A stretch of DNA of 64,000 bases, taken from NCBI GenBank assembly GCA_022813965.1, contig JALDZS010000043.1:62001-126000 (forward strand), given 5' to 3'. How positions within the stretch are numbered: position 1 is the first letter of the stretch; the number at the start of each line of letters is the position of its first letter. Below the pieces are notes generated by a model. The model made no database searches and had not been told where the DNA came from. It saw only the letters and a program-made list of their open reading frames with translations. A program made the position numbers and the translations under genes. This DNA is from Toensbergia leucococca. Its lineage: Eukaryota. Shown here piece by piece: positions 62,185 through 64,000 of the stretch.

Positions 62185-64000
62185 CGTGGCTGGAGGCGTG
62201 GCAAGGATGATGTTCTAATGACACTGTATTGGTAAGTAACCTACAATGGTGTTGATTTGATTCTTTATAGGTCTGGCTACATACGAGATTAAATTTACCG
62301 GATGAAAGTCGAGAAATGAGATTGTATTTACGGAGCAGAGATTTAAATTATAATAGACGCAGAGGATGGAACAGTGCGTATTTACGGGCTAATGTTGATA
62401 GTCTTGTTGCGCTGACTGAGAATACTTGAATCTCACTGTATAGAGGAGTACTGACAATGAAGACTCTTCAGGGCATGCTTGATTATATACCCCATCAACA
62501 ACGCTTGAGAGGCACTTCCAAGAAAAACCTCAAGCTTGACCAGCTGCAATGACAGTTTAAATGATTTAAGCATGTTTCTACCAAAATTTCCTGCGAAGTT
62601 TCTTTCTATCAAAAATGGCCAAAAATGGTCTAACGCCATCGAACCCAATCTCGCCAAAGTAGACATATAAGTCAAATTCGCCGATAGAAGACCTGAAAAG
62701 ATGTGATACTGCCATGGGATACAATGGGAAAAATCAATTGCAACGTACCAGTCCATCATTGGTCAGCGAAGAGGGAGCGAAACAATTGCCACACATCGAA
62801 GCTATTGTGTAACATCCCCCATACTAGCCGCAAGACCTCGTTCTGTGAACATTGCTCGCAGTCGCTGACGCCCACCTAGGCAGCAGCCTCACATGTTCTC
62901 TCTCGAAATAGAAACCTCTTGCTTCCCGTCCTCGTTACCAGGATTGAAGCCAAGGCACGGACGGCGCCTCTCAACCATCAGCAACATATGCTCATTCACC
63001 CCCGGAGACTCACTGTCCCCAACAAAGTTTATACGCTCCAGAAGCAAGTCTTTCGACGTCGTCCGAGTCTTGGGGCAGGAGCGTGTCCAGAGTCTGGTGA
63101 AATTGTGTCTCGCAACCTCTGCTGAGCTTAGCGTATGACGAAGGAAGACCAGTAGGACTTGTGGAGATAGGAGAAGAGAAAAGAGAAAACAGCAAATCAA
63201 ACCCCGATCCTTCCCACAGCCTAGCTAGTCCTGTTCTTCAGATGCCAACTCTTCTCCCGATCCACCACCGCCTCTTCCTGTAATGCACATTCGACACCTT
63301 CAGGCTCTAAAATAGATATACCCAATCAATCACCAATGTATCCGCAACCCCCTTGCTAGAGCCTAAACGAAACCGCTATGCCGTTCGTTTCGACTGCTTA
63401 CATCCTATCTGTCCATTTCTCTATCCGCCTTGCTCATGGCAAAGTGGGTATTCACGCCCTTCTTTCTTCTCCTGACCTTTTCGATCTCACACCGTCAAGG
63501 TGGACTTTGGTCTAGCTGGGTTTTCTGTTTTCGGAGCCGTAGCTCTGCTGGATTATCTCAAACATATCCACGACGGCATCTACGATTGATTCGATTATAT
63601 GACATTGTAACCTACACCAAAATGGGGAACCCTTGGACCCATGCAGTTTTGGTCTATCGCTGAGTAGGCGAGTATTGATCCCCTTAACCCCCTTAATTAC
63701 GGATGGGGGTGGAGAGGGAAGGGAGGGTGCGGGGAGTTGGCACTGGGGCGGCACACACACTCCCGTTTGTATAGATATGTCAATCATAAATTTGAAAAGT
63801 TTTCAGGTAAAAAATTTCCTTTTTTTTTGGGCTAGTAAAAGTCTAGGTACATATTTCATACACAAATGTTTTAAGTAATGAAGCCCCCCCCTTTTTTTTG
63901 AGGGGTGTGAGGGGGGAGGGATTTGGCAATGAGCCTTTTGACTTGGCCCTTGAGTTGAGGTGAGTGATGTTGAGTTAGAGGTTTGTTTTGTTTTTTGCTT

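Noticed and set aside
62433..63200. Possible HNH-endonuclease pseudogene (LHNSFD-like string on the minus strand)
   Set aside because: Only one short motif in broken frames; not enough to call.

Overview
Eukaryotic, intron-containing genomic DNA from a filamentous ascomycete (Pezizomycotina-type GT/GC-AG introns with CTRAC/CTAAT branch sites). All annotation is by eye, with no database searches. Bases 1-28.4 kb are gene-dense housekeeping sequence: DUF676 lipase, DAGK-family kinase, Asteroid/XPG-like nuclease, OPT transporter, two-OB-fold protein, HGH1, Cid1-type nucleotidyltransferase, TFIIF-alpha and NTE1. Bases ~28.8-40 kb form an accessory island with a Harbinger/Tourist-like MITE, two tandem PD-(D/E)xK-like paralogs (one catalytically degenerate), an F-box-like gene, a tRNA gene and two convergent Tse2-like ADP-ribosyltransferase-fold paralogs. 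The remainder holds an AsaB/CmcJ-like oxygenase, guanine deaminase, an SLC35F transporter, a decayed copia gag, a HeLo-like pseudogene, a DUF4097-like protein and ISN1. The standout observation is a tRNA-Arg(CCG) gene (35925-36048, minus strand) whose D-loop is interrupted by a 52-nt intron with full spliceosomal signals (GTAAGT...ACTGAC...AAG) rather than a canonical 37/38 tRNA intron. Removing it gives a canonical 72-nt cloverleaf.
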